Source of the DNA: Calditrichia bacterium
GTDB lineage: Bacteria; Calditrichota; Calditrichia; JAJRVZ01
Assembly (NCBI GenBank): GCA_963796965.1
Contig: CAWCNS010000004.1
Span: 608,001 to 672,000 of the forward strand
DNA: 64,000 bases
Direction: 5' to 3'
Position numbers and translations under genes: made by a program. A model generated the notes under the pieces. That model was not told the DNA's origin and did no database searches. It saw nothing but the letters and a program-made list of their open reading frames with translations. Below are positions 12,150 through 22,281 of the stretch, in pieces (position 1 is the first letter of the stretch; the number at the start of each line of letters is the position of its first letter).

Positions 12150-13223
12150 ATGAAAGCAATTGTATTAAAAAAGCCGAAAACATTAGAATTAATGGACGTT
12201 CCTGAATTTGAATTACAGGAAGAAAATCATGTTCTGATCAAAGTAAAAGCATGTGGTATATGCGGGAGCGATCTGCGATATTGGGCAGGGGATAATCCCT
12301 GGGCATTACACACATTAGGTCGGCACATCGACAATCCCCCCAATATGATTATGGGGCATGAATTTGCCGGAGAAGTTGTCCAGGTGAATGCAACCAGGTA
12401 TGAATCATTATTAGGTCAGAAGGTTGGTGTACAATCATACCGGGTGTGTGGAAAATGTTCTTTTTGTAAAAGTGGCAGAGAAAATCTATGCCGGGAAATG
12501 ATCCATATTGGCCATGCTCAGGGTTGGGGCAGCATGGAATATTTTCCTGGTGCTTATGCTGAATACTGTCTCGGTTGGGCTGACTTATTGCATCCCATTG
12601 ACGATAATCTGACCTTTCCCGAAGCAGCTATGGCAGATATTTTGTGTGTGGCTGTTCATGTGGTTGGTCGGACTTCATTATATAAAGGAGCGAATATTTT
12701 TTGTATCGGTGGTGGGCCAGCGGGATTGAGTATTGCGCAGGTAGCGAAGTCAAAAGGAGCTGGAAACGTTTTCATTTCAGATCCATCGTCAATTGCCAGA
12801 GAGGTTATCCGTAAATATCCGGATTTTATTATTATTGACCCGCGGCGTGAGAATCCGATCGACGTTATTCGTGGGACCATTGGAGAGGCCGGATGTGCTG
12901 CCATATTTGATTCTGTTGGTAGTAATGAAACAGTAAATATGGGTTTACCCCTGCTTGAAGAATCTGGTACGTATGTTAATCTGGCGGTGCATAAGACAGA
13001 GTTTAATTTTGATGCCTCTTTAATTGGATCCGAACGTACCCTAACGACCTCTTCGAATGCCTTTTATCAGGATTTAGTTGAAGCCTATGAATTGTTGAAT
13101 AAAGGTATTATCGATGTTAAACCATGGATTACACATCGATTGCCGCTCGAGAGGTATAATGAGGCATTTGAATTATTATTAAAAGATCCGAAGGAGGCTT
13201 ATAAAGTCGTCTTCGAACCATAG
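12150..13223 (+). CDS. Zinc-dependent (MDR) sugar/polyol dehydrogenase
   Basis: CGICGSD, GHE, structural Zn motif CGKCSFCKSGRENLC, GGGPAG. Confidence 0.9.
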   Translation: MKAIVLKKPKTLELMDVPEFELQEENHVLIKVKACGICGSDLRYWAGDNPWALHTLGRHIDNPPNMIMGHEFAGEVVQVNATRYESLLGQKVGVQSYRVCGKCSFCKSGRENLCREMIHIGHAQGWGSMEYFPGAYAEYCLGWADLLHPIDDNLTFPEAAMADILCVAVHVVGRTSLYKGANIFCIGGGPAGLSIAQVAKSKGAGNVFISDPSSIAREVIRKYPDFIIIDPRRENPIDVIRGTIGEAGCAAIFDSVGSNETVNMGLPLLEESGTYVNLAVHKTEFNFDASLIGSERTLTTSSNAFYQDLVEAYELLNKGIIDVKPWITHRLPLERYNEAFELLLKDPKEAYKVVFEP

Positions 13224-13228
13224 TCATA

Positions 13229-13440
13229 TAACCGCAAGGGTGCTAAGAGAACAGAAGAATAAAGAAAAAAGACAAAAGAAAGAAGATATACATATAATCT
13301 TCATGCTCTTATTGTCAATTTTATACCTATTAAATTAATTTCCAAATTGAAATAATTATTTCAATTATATAAATCAAAGTATTAAAATAAAGATTATTTC
13401 CTTTGCGTGCTTTGCGCCTTCTTTGCGTCTTTGCGGTTTA
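13229..13440. repeat. Family A element (CGCAAAG subtype): inverted ends around an AT-rich core
   Basis: Left end taaccgcaagggtgctaagag (13229). Right end ctttgcgtgctttgcgccttctttgcgtctttgcggttta (13401-13440), nearly identical to 50799-50835. Confidence 0.8.
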
Positions 13441-13460
13441 ATCAATCTTTGAGGCATGTT

Positions 13461-14222
13461 ATGTCATTTAAAAATAAAATTATATTGGTAACAGGATCAA
13501 GTCGGGGAATCGGTTTGGCCATTGCCCAAAGATTTGCGCAAAAGGGGGCAACGCTGATAGTACATGGGCCTGACGATTCTGATGAATTGAGAATGGCCTG
13601 GGAGAAGGTTTACAAACATAGCCCTGATTCGGTCAAATTACCCTGTGATCTTGTCGATGGTTATGCGATTAAAAAGATGTTTGAAGAAATTGCCAGCAGA
13701 TTTAAGCGACTCGATATATTAATCAATAATGCTGTGTTTCAGAAAGAGGCCCCCCTTTTAGAAATCCAAGAACAAGACTGGGACCGGGTATTCGCCGTGA
13801 ATTTAAAAGCGCCGTTTCTTTGTTCACAACAAGCAGTAAAAATGATGATTAATCAGGGTGGGGGTAAAATTATCAATATTGGTTCAGTCCACGAGTATCA
13901 GGCCAGGAGGGGGTATTTACCGTATAGTACCTCTAAAGGTGGATTAGTGATGTTGACAAAAAATCTGGCACTTGAGTTGGCGGAGCATAATATCCAGGTA
14001 AACCAGGTAACCCCCGGTGCCATCGCCACAGCACTCACGGATCAAGACCGGCAGAAAAAATTTCTGACTGCGGTACCGGCTGGTCGGGTCGGACAGCCCG
14101 ACGATATAGCTGACATGGTTAAATTTTTGGCGTCTGATGAGGCTGGATATATAACGGGAAGATCCTTTGTGGTGGATGGTGGTCTGACGCTTGGCTTTTG
14201 TGCCAGCCGGCCGGATCTTTAG
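13461..14222 (+). CDS. Short-chain dehydrogenase/reductase (SDR)
   Basis: TGSSRGIG, NNA, catalytic YSTSK, VDGG. The ORF-track extension upstream of ATG 13461 is repeat sequence. Confidence 0.9.
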   Translation: MSFKNKIILVTGSSRGIGLAIAQRFAQKGATLIVHGPDDSDELRMAWEKVYKHSPDSVKLPCDLVDGYAIKKMFEEIASRFKRLDILINNAVFQKEAPLLEIQEQDWDRVFAVNLKAPFLCSQQAVKMMINQGGGKIINIGSVHEYQARRGYLPYSTSKGGLVMLTKNLALELAEHNIQVNQVTPGAIATALTDQDRQKKFLTAVPAGRVGQPDDIADMVKFLASDEAGYITGRSFVVDGGLTLGFCASRPDL

Positions 14223-14227
14223 GGAGA

Positions 14228-15063
14228 ATGAAGTTGAGAAATCACCCAATTCTTAAAGAACTGTACAGATTTAAACCCGGGAAGGGGCAACTTGGGATTG
14301 TCTGGCTGGGACAAAATGGATTCCTCATTAAAACAGCCTCGTCAGTTTTTTTTATTGATCCCTATCTATCTGATTTTGCTGAGCAATGGACCTATGGCTG
14401 GGAAAATGAACATGTTCGTATGGCTGCGATTCCGGTTCAGCCAAAGGAATTATATGGGATTGATTTGGTGCTTTGCACTCATGATCATGTAGATCACATC
14501 GATCCCTTTACCATACCGATCATTGCCTTGAGGAATCCAGAAACAAGATTCGTCGCACCGAAAGTGGCAAAAATACGCATGTTGGGTTTGTTTGTCAATG
14601 AGAATAAACTGGATGTGATGAAGGGAGAAGATAGCCTTTCTATTAATAATATGACCGTTTCAGCTATTCCGGCATCTCACTCAAAATTGAGTCGGGATTC
14701 TGAGAATGGGTACCACTTCCTTACACTATGTTATAGAGGTGGATGGCATTACAATCTTCCATGCAGGTGATAGTATTCTTTATGAAGGTCAAGTTGAATA
14801 TCTTAAAAACTTTGATATAGACCTGGCATTTTTACCAATCAATGGACGGCAGCCCACTAAATATGAGTTTGAACCTAATTTTTCTATTGCGGAAGTTATT
14901 GGTTTGGCAGAAAAAATTGAGGCAAAACTTACCATTCCTATGCATTATGACATGTATACGCTCAACACAGGCTAATATTGCTGATTTTGTGACTCAGGCT
15001 TTGGGTAAGATCAATTTCAGGGTGGCACAAAATGGTGTCCCTTTTATGATAGAGAATTTTTAA
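14228..15063 (+). CDS. MBL-fold metallohydrolase (UlaG-like lactonase); +1 frameshifts near 14722 and 14971
   Basis: WLGQNGF, IDPYLS, CTHDHVDH, IFHAGDS, LPING, IPMHYD. Three overlapping ORFs join into one frame. Confidence 0.8.
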
Positions 15064-15084
15064 CAAGAGTCTTTATAATCTTTG

Positions 15085-15157
15085 ATGTCATCCCGAAGGG
15101 ATCTTCTTTCTTGTCGATTATTCTTCGACAAGTAGGAAGATTCCTCCAGAATGACAT
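15085..15157. repeat. Family B palindromic REP-like element
   Basis: atgtcatcccgaagggatcttctttcttgtcga-ttattct-tcgacaagtaggaagattcctccagaatgacat forms one long hairpin. Confidence 0.85.
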
Positions 15158-15225
15158 TTAAAATGCGCTTTAGAAATTTGTCGTTCTTTCATTTGACCCA
15201 AAATCTCAATAGAGGAATTAAAGTA

Positions 15226-16442
15226 ATGCGTATTATTATAATTGCTTTCATATTTATTTCGATCATCTCGTGTCAGCAAAAGGCCGAAAAGATTACAAAA
15301 AAATACGACTGGGATAGTGATGGCATGTTGGTTGTTGATGGACAACGCACATTTATTATTGGGTCCTATCATCTTCCCAAAACAGATAAGCCTTACCAGA
15401 CCCTCCATGAAACGGGTTACAATCTTATCAGGATTCCCGGCTGAAGATGCTGCTCTCGATGCTGCTCATCAAAATCAATTATTTACGTGGCTTGGTACGG
15501 GTGCAATCAGAACTGAAAAAAAAGAAGAGGATGTAAAACGTATTTCTGAATTAGTTCGTAAATATAAAGATCATCCTTCTTTACTTATCTGGGAAATATC
15601 CGATGAACCTGCCTTCACCTGGAATTCCCCCGATTACCGTGTATCACCACAGCAGATGCTGGAATCCTATCAGGTAATAAAACAAGAAGATCCGGAACAT
15701 CTCGTTTATACTAATCATGGGCCAGTCAATTTGATCTCGACTTTAAAAAAGTATAACCCCTCGACTGATATTATTGCTTGTGATGTTTATCCGGTTATTC
15801 CCCATGGTATTAAACCCACCTATGCTTTATTTGATGATGGTTTACAGGGGGATCTCTTAAATCCTTATATCAGTCAAGTGGGCAACTATGTCGATAAAAT
15901 GTTAGAGGTTGGGGAAGGAAAAAAACCACTTTTTATGGTTTTACAGGGTTTCTCCTGGGAAATGCTAAAAAAAGAGGCTGAAAGAAATCCTGAAATGATT
16001 TTATATCCAACTTATGAACAATCCCGTTTTATGGCTTATCAGGCAATTGTTGGGGGAGCGGTGGGTATCAATTACTGGGGAACCTCCTACACGCCTCAGC
16101 CATCGGTATTTATGGATGATCTTAACCGGGTTACCATGGAATTAGCAGAAATGCAATCAGTTATTTCTGCCCTGAAGTCAAAAAATAGAATTGAGAAAGA
16201 ATATCATGAGCTGGGCTATTCTGTCGATGTCGGTGTGGAAATTTTAGTAAAGGAAATCGGATGGGGTCCGCTATCTGATTACGGTGAATTCAGATAAAAA
16301 TCCCGTAAAAGTAACGCTTAAGGGTCTGGACGGATTCAGAGAAGCCTCAGTTTTGATGGAGAATCGAATAATCTCCATATCTGGTGATTATTTAACGGAT
16401 ATGTATAAACCATTCGATGTACATATTTATCAACTAAAATAA
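15226..16442 (+). CDS. Lipoprotein putative glycoside hydrolase (clan GH-A-like barrel); +1 frameshifts near 15439 and 16260
   Basis: Lipobox IISC, YKDHPSLLIWEISDEP, DIIACDVYPV. The corrected frame ends KPFDVHIYQLK*, matching the paralog end KPLDVHIYQIR*. Confidence 0.7.
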
Positions 16443-16525
16443 TCAACCTATTTTTGTTTTGAATTTTTGATGCATAAAGATTAGATTTAGAACATAGAAA
16501 GTCACAAAACGATATTAAAAAGATT

Positions 16526-16650
16526 ATCCACGAATTAACACGATTTTTACTAATATTTGAATTAATTCTATTTATAAAGAATGACATAAGATCCGTTGAT
16601 ATTTACGCATTTTGCTGATAAATCTCTGCGTCTTTGCGCCTCTGCGAGAG
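16526..16650. repeat. Family A repeats (CACGAATT left end and CTTTGCG right end)
   Basis: atccacgaattaacacgattttt at 16526 and ctctgcgtctttgcgcctctgcgagag at 16624-16650. Confidence 0.7.
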
Positions 16651-16685
16651 TCAATTCTTATTTAAATAATAAAAGGAGAATGTAA

Positions 16686-18173
16686 ATGACTAAATCAATG
16701 ACAAGAAGGAAATTTTTATCTACTAGTGCAGCAGGTGTTGCAGGCGGTGCTGTGCTGGCGTCAATTCCGGCTTCATCCTATGCCCGTATTTTGGGTGCCA
16801 ATGATACCATTAATATGGCCGTTATTGGTATCCGTGGACGGGGTGGAAACCATATTGATAGTTTTGCTGGAATGAAAAATGTTAGAGTTAACTATCTGGT
16901 TGATGTGGATGCTAATCTATTCGAGAGGCGGGTAAAAGGTGTAAACGAGAAATATGGTTATAGCCCTAAAACAGAAATGGATATGCGCAAAGTTTACAAT
17001 GATAAAGAAATCGATGCGGTAGCTATTGCCACGACCAATCACTGGCATGCCCTGGCCACCATCTGGGCTGCCCAGGCAGGGAAACATGTTTATGTAGAGA
17101 AACCATCTTCACATAATATGTTTGAAGGGCAGAAAATGATCGAAGCGGCACGCAAATATAACGTGTTGGTTCAGGTCGGCTTCCAAAACCGTTCACGTCT
17201 TAATACCAATGCTGGTATGAAGTTTTTGCATGATGGAAAACTGGGGGATATATATATGGCCCGCGGTCTATGTTTTAAGCCACGTGCAAGTATTGGCAAA
17301 TATCCCGATGGTCCAATGAAACCGGGTGAGAAATTTCGAATGAATTTGGAGAGCAGCAGCTATGAGCCTCCCTATACAGAGGAATATCTTAATGAAGTTA
17401 ACTATGACATGTGGCTTGGCCCGGCCCCGAAACGTCCTTTTAACCGCAACCGCTTTCATTATAACTGGCATTGGCATTGGGACTATGGTAATGGTGATAC
17501 AGGAAACCAGGGTCCACATCAATTTGATATCGCCCGCTGGGGATTAAACAAGGATGATTATCCTGTAAAGATAAGCAGTAAAGGGGGATATTTTGTTTAT
17601 AAAGATTCGGCACAGGAAACACCCAACACCCAAACATCCCTATTTGAATATGCTGATGGAAAAATACTGGAATTTGGTACACGTGGCGTATTGACGAATC
17701 CAGAAGGTCTTGACTTATCTGTTATTACTGAAAGTAAGCGAGGAGAATTCACAGCAAACTTAAAAGCATCCGCAGAAAAAATAGGTAATCTCTTTTTTGG
17801 AAGTGAAGGCTGGATGCAGATGGATTCTGGTGGCAACTGGCAAACATTCTTAGGTCGCAATAGTGAACCTGGTCCCAATTCTGGTGATGCGGATACTTCC
17901 TACGATCCAATGAATCTTGCGGGTGCCGGTGGCGGCGGACATTTTGCTAATTTTATCGCGGCCCTACGTAGTGGTAAGCAGAGTGATCTGACCTGTGACG
18001 TTGCGGTCGGACAAAAATCTACCGATTTGCCACTAATTGCAAACATTGCTTATCTTCTTGGCCGCGATTTGCAATTTGATGGTAAAAAATATGAGTTTAT
18101 CGATGACGATGAGGCAAATAAAATGAAGACACGTGATTATCGCAAAGCGTATGTTGTTCCGGAAAAAGTCTGA
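16686..18173 (+). CDS. Tat-exported Gfo/Idh/MocA family oxidoreductase
   Basis: RBS aaggag, TRRKFL Tat motif, GANDTINMAVIGIRGRG, YVEKP, WHWHWDYGNGDTGNQGPHQFD. Confidence 0.92.
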   Translation: MTKSMTRRKFLSTSAAGVAGGAVLASIPASSYARILGANDTINMAVIGIRGRGGNHIDSFAGMKNVRVNYLVDVDANLFERRVKGVNEKYGYSPKTEMDMRKVYNDKEIDAVAIATTNHWHALATIWAAQAGKHVYVEKPSSHNMFEGQKMIEAARKYNVLVQVGFQNRSRLNTNAGMKFLHDGKLGDIYMARGLCFKPRASIGKYPDGPMKPGEKFRMNLESSSYEPPYTEEYLNEVNYDMWLGPAPKRPFNRNRFHYNWHWHWDYGNGDTGNQGPHQFDIARWGLNKDDYPVKISSKGGYFVYKDSAQETPNTQTSLFEYADGKILEFGTRGVLTNPEGLDLSVITESKRGEFTANLKASAEKIGNLFFGSEGWMQMDSGGNWQTFLGRNSEPGPNSGDADTSYDPMNLAGAGGGGHFANFIAALRSGKQSDLTCDVAVGQKSTDLPLIANIAYLLGRDLQFDGKKYEFIDDDEANKMKTRDYRKAYVVPEKV

Positions 18174-18194
18174 TCCCTACATCATCCTATATTG

Positions 18195-18229
18195 AAAAAG
18201 AATGCCTCTCTTGTAGAGGCATTTTTTTT
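18195..18229 (+). terminator. Intrinsic terminator
   Basis: aatgcctct-cttgt-agaggcatt followed by a T tract, with an A tract upstream. Confidence 0.85.
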
Positions 18230-18607
18230 GAACAGAGATCAGGTTTTGAGATGATGACTCTTAAATCGTAATCTTAGATTTGATAGGTGATATTTTACTA
18301 TTCCCTTGGCAGGCGTCAGAATCCTTGGATTATTATAAATTTGTATTTACATTTTAGCAATCATGCATTGATGAGAAAATATTTTATATGTCCTGAACGC
18401 TTAACACTTTTTTCGTGACAATTTTATTTGTATAGAGAATTTGAAAACAAACCTGAGCAAGATGACTTCATTTAATTTTAGGCTATAACTTCCCGCTGGA
18501 ACATGTATTACCTTACTTAAAATTCTGCATCTAACAAAGGTTAGGCGTTTGGCTCTAACCTAAATATAAACTGGCGAAACTAACAAACAAAAAAGGAGAA
18601 TCAATCT

Positions 18608-19009
18608 ATGTCTATGGTTAAAGAATTTAAAGAATTTGCCATGCGCGGTAATGTTGTCGATATGGCTGTCGGTATTGTTATTGGTGCCGCATTCGGAAAA
18701 ATCGTTTCATCATTTGTCAGTGATGTTCTTATGCCACCGATAGGCATGCTATTGGGTGGTGTTGATTTCAGTGATTTGATGATCACTCTGAAAGATGCGG
18801 TTGGCGAAACGCCAGCGGTAGTGGTCAAATATGGATTGTTTGTAAATACAGTCCTGGATTTTGTAATCGTTGCCTTTGCCATTTTTATGGTCATTAAAGG
18901 AATGAATGCCATGAAAAAGAAAGAGGAAGTTGCACCGGCAGCACCTCCAAAACCTTCAAATGAAGAGGTACTGCTGGCTGAAATCAGGGATACACTAAAA
19001 TCACGTTAG
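18608..19009 (+). CDS. mscL: Large-conductance mechanosensitive channel
   Basis: [30 protein letters not shown] and LLAEIRD signatures, RBS aaggag. Confidence 0.98.
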   Translation: MSMVKEFKEFAMRGNVVDMAVGIVIGAAFGKIVSSFVSDVLMPPIGMLLGGVDFSDLMITLKDAVGETPAVVVKYGLFVNTVLDFVIVAFAIFMVIKGMNAMKKKEEVAPAAPPKPSNEEVLLAEIRDTLKSR

Positions 19010-19050
19010 ACAATAATCTTAGAATCACTATCAAAAATGTGTCTTTATCT

Positions 19051-19081
19051 ATAAGCCGTGGTTGGCTACCACGGCTTATTT
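19051..19081 (+). terminator. Probable terminator hairpin after mscL
   Basis: ataagccgtgg-ttggcta-ccacggcttat followed by tt; the U tract is short. Confidence 0.65.
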
Positions 19082-19514
19082 AGACAGCAGAATTAGACAT
19101 TTCGTCTCTATTTTATGATTTGTCATGAAAAGATTATTCGGTTCTTGCAAAATCAATAATTGGATTATAAATTACTACCATACTTTTCTCCCAATTTTTT
19201 TTTATATCATCATTGAACTTTTAAGATTCTATATCTAAAAATAGATCACAAGGAAATAATTAGTGCAATATAACCATAATCTTATGGGTCGTTTACTCTT
19301 TTTCCTGTGTCAGTATTCGTCTGTGATATTCAATTGAATTATCTAATAAAAAACATTTTCATAGAAAATTACTATACTTTATGCATTTAAGAGAATATTT
19401 TGTTTAATATTATAGTTCTATGACTGTAATTTGAGAGATTGAAACAAAGATTGATAGACAAAACGTAACTATTTAAATCACCAAAACAACCAATTAAAGG
19501 AAGGGATTTTTATT

Positions 19515-19930
19515 ATGGCAAATTACAAAATTAGTGATGTAGAAGGTATCGGACCCAAATTTGCGGCTGAAATTGTCCAAAGCGGGTGTGCGCAGTGTAA
19601 ATGCACTTTTAAAAGAAGGGGCTTCAAAAAAAGGTCGTAAGTCATTAGCGAGTATGACTGATATTGATGAATCAATGATCTTGAAATGGGTGAATATGGC
19701 CGATCTTTATCGTGTCAAAGGTATTGGCAGTGAATATTCTGAATTATTGGAAAAAGCTGGTGTTGATACTGTTAAAGAATTGGCTACACGCCGCCCTGAC
19801 AATTTACATGCAAAAATGGTTGAAGTAAATTCATCCAAGAAGTCCGCTGGTCAGGCAGTTACCTGGACAAAAAACAGTTGAGAAATGGGTTGCAGGTGCA
19901 AAAAAACTTGATCCAAAAGTAACCCATTAA
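19515..19930 (+). CDS. DUF4332 (helix-hairpin-helix) protein; +1 frameshifts near 19567 and 19842
   Basis: Corrected protein MANYKISDVEGIGPKFA..WVNMADLYRVKGIGSEYSELLEKAGVDTVKELATRRPDNL..LVRQLPGQKTVEKWVAGAKKLDPKVTH. Confidence 0.85.
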
Positions 19931-19940
19931 TTATTAAATG

Positions 19941-19974
19941 GAGATGCATAATAGATAATGCATCTCTTTTTTTT
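19941..19974 (+). terminator. Intrinsic terminator
   Basis: gagatgcat-aatagata-atgcatctc followed by T8. Confidence 0.85.
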
Positions 19975-20009
19975 GTATTGACTTTAGTTATTAAGAACGG
20001 GAGTAAAAT

Positions 20010-20448
20010 ATGGGTTTATTTGATTTTTTGAGAAATGTGGGCAGTGATATCTTTGGCGGGGACGATGAAGTAGAAAAGATCACTGAATTGATCAATACAG
20101 AGTTAGGTGATAAAGTTAAAGATTTAAAGGTAGAATTTGATGATGGTCAGGTGACACTCTATGGATCCTGTGATACGCAGGAAACAAAAGAAAAAGCAAT
20201 CCTTCTGGCAGGGAATCTGAAAGGCGTTGAGAAAGTTAATGATGACATATTTATCATCACCACCCGCAGTTGAACCCTTTGACTTTTATACGATTAAAAG
20301 TGGTGATTCACTTTCCAAGATTGCAAAATTTTATTATCGTGATGCCATGAAATATCCGGTTCTTTTTGAAGCAAACCGCGAAATTATTAAAAATCCGGAT
20401 CTTATATATCCAGGACAGGTCATAAGGGTTCCAAAAATAGACCAATAG
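20010..20448 (+). CDS. kbp: BON + LysM protein (Kbp/YgaU-like potassium-binding protein); +1 frameshift near 20248
   Basis: MGLFDFL start, BON end EKAILLAGNLKGVEKVND, LysM YTIKSGDSLSKIAKFYY..IFEANR-like..PDLIYPGQVIRVP. Confidence 0.85.
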
Positions 20449-20543
20449 GGATAGTTAATTATTGATAGGTATTATCTGAATGGCGCATCTATACATCTTT
20501 ACTATTTTAAAAATTAGAATTGAAAGATAGATGTGCTAACAAG

Positions 20544-20575
20544 AAGGGAGAGATTACTCTCCCTTAAATTTTTTT
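20544..20575 (+). terminator. Hairpin or possible terminator between kbp and DUF937
   Basis: aagggagag-atta-ctctccctt followed by aaattttttt, directly before RBS aggag. Confidence 0.5.
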
Positions 20576-20587
20576 AGGAGTAAAAAC

Positions 20588-21181
20588 ATGGGAAATTTTG
20601 TTGACGATTTAATGGGTTCTTTGGGCGGTGATGTATCTAAACAAGTTTCATCCACTTTAGGAATTGATCAGGAAACAGTAATGCAAATGTTGCCCCAAGT
20701 TGCCCCCCTTATTTTAGGTGGTCTAAAGAAGCAAAAGGATGAGCAAGGCGGTCAGGATCGCGTTGACCATATTTTAAATAAATATGGTAGCGCTGATGTG
20801 CTTAATAATATGGGAGATTTATTTTCTTCAAAAGCCCAGGACAAAAACCCGGATCCAAATCTTGGGCGGATTGCTAGGAAATTCTGGAGGAGACGCTGCA
20901 AATTTTCTTTCAAAACAATTTAATATTGATAGTAATACGGCGATGAAATTATACCTATGCTTGCACCTGTAATTTTAGGGTTTCTGACAAAAAAACGCGA
21001 TAGTGACGGTCTGGGATCTTCGGGTATTGCTTCACTCCTCGATCAGGATGGTGATGGCAGTGTTTTGGACGACGTCGCTGGTTTTCTGTTGCAGGGAATG
21101 GGTGGTTCTTCCCAGAAAAGTAGTGGCGGAGGTTTACTTGGAGGTCTTTTGGGTGGACTCTTAGGCGGAAAAAGAAAATAA
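20588..21181 (+). CDS. DUF937 family protein; frameshifts near 20865 (+1) and 20951 (-1)
   Basis: PLILGGL, GGLLG, MLAPVILGFL, LLDQDGDGSVLDDVAG and a Gly/Leu-rich C-terminus GGLLGGLLGGLLGGKRK. Confidence 0.75.
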
Positions 21182-21211
21182 CGCTACACACTAAATTTGT
21201 GGTTTATGGAT

Positions 21212-22048
21212 ATGAATAATTCCATCCGTACTTTTTTACTGATGACGGGCTTGACGGTTCTGTTTGTCTGGATTGGTGGCGCTTTGGGTGGCCAAAGTGG
21301 TGCAATTCTTGCCTTTATAGCGGCAGGGGCAATGAATTTCTTTGCCTATTGGTTTAGTGATAAAATGGTTTTAAAACGATATCGCGCACAAGAAGCCTCA
21401 CCAGATACCAACCCCCGGTTATATAATATGGTTGCGGATCTTGCCGCAAAGGCAAACTTACCCATGCCAAAGGTATATATTATTCCAGAACAAACCCCAA
21501 ATGCTTTTGCAACAGGAAGAAATCCAAGTCATGCCGCTGTGGCAGCAACAGAGGGTATATTAGATCTGTTGGATGATAAGGAACTTTCGGGTGTCATGGC
21601 TCATGAATTGACCCATGTAAAAAACAGGGATATCTTAACCAGCACGATTGCGGCAACATTTGCCGGTGCGATAGCCATGTTAGGTCAGTTCTCAAGATTT
21701 GGAGGTACAAACCGCCAATCGAATAAAAATCCAATTGTTATGATTTTAATAATGGTTGGTGCACCTTTAATTGCCATGATTATTAGAATGGCCATTTCGC
21801 GGGTGCGGGAATATGCAGCTGACAAAGGTGGCGCAGAAATCAGCGGGGACCCCTTGGGTTTGGCCAGCGCTTTAAATAAATTACAGCATGGAGTGCACCG
21901 AAATCCCATAAGTAGCAGGGGCAATCCTGCTCATGCCCATATGTTTATCATAAATCCTTTTTTTGGTGGCATGCAAAAACTTTTCGCTACTCATCCATCC
22001 ACGGAAGAGCGGATTGCCAAGCTTAAGGCTATTGCAGCACAGATGTAA
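21212..22048 (+). CDS. htpX: Zinc metalloprotease HtpX (M48)
   Basis: PNAFATGRNP, HELTH, AISRVREYAAD, FATHPSTEERI and transmembrane segments. Confidence 0.95.
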   Translation: MNNSIRTFLLMTGLTVLFVWIGGALGGQSGAILAFIAAGAMNFFAYWFSDKMVLKRYRAQEASPDTNPRLYNMVADLAAKANLPMPKVYIIPEQTPNAFATGRNPSHAAVAATEGILDLLDDKELSGVMAHELTHVKNRDILTSTIAATFAGAIAMLGQFSRFGGTNRQSNKNPIVMILIMVGAPLIAMIIRMAISRVREYAADKGGAEISGDPLGLASALNKLQHGVHRNPISSRGNPAHAHMFIINPFFGGMQKLFATHPSTEERIAKLKAIAAQM

Positions 22049-22281
22049 GTGAGGTCCATTACATAATAGGTTTAGCCCCCCAAAGGAAATTATATTTTGG
22101 GATATAATTTGGTTTGTTCTCTTCCTGCTATATTCGTCCCGGTATTATAGGTTTAACTGGATAAACAGATCTTGTTAAGATCGATTAGTTTTTAGAGAGT
22201 TCATCTCGAATTGATAGGTCTATAATAGAGCAAATAAATTTACGCTATTTCAAAAGATTATATACGAAGGTAAGTCTATCA

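Noticed and set aside
9970..15225. ORF-track starts at 9970, 13407 and 15151
   Set aside because: These starts fall inside repeat elements. Downstream starts at 10054, 13461 and 15226 have RBS-like motifs and give sensible N-termini.
18230..19514. Riboswitch (for example c-di-AMP) upstream of mscL or DUF4332
   Set aside because: I found only a small hairpin (aggttagg..ctaacct) and no conserved aptamer motifs. An Rfam scan would settle it.
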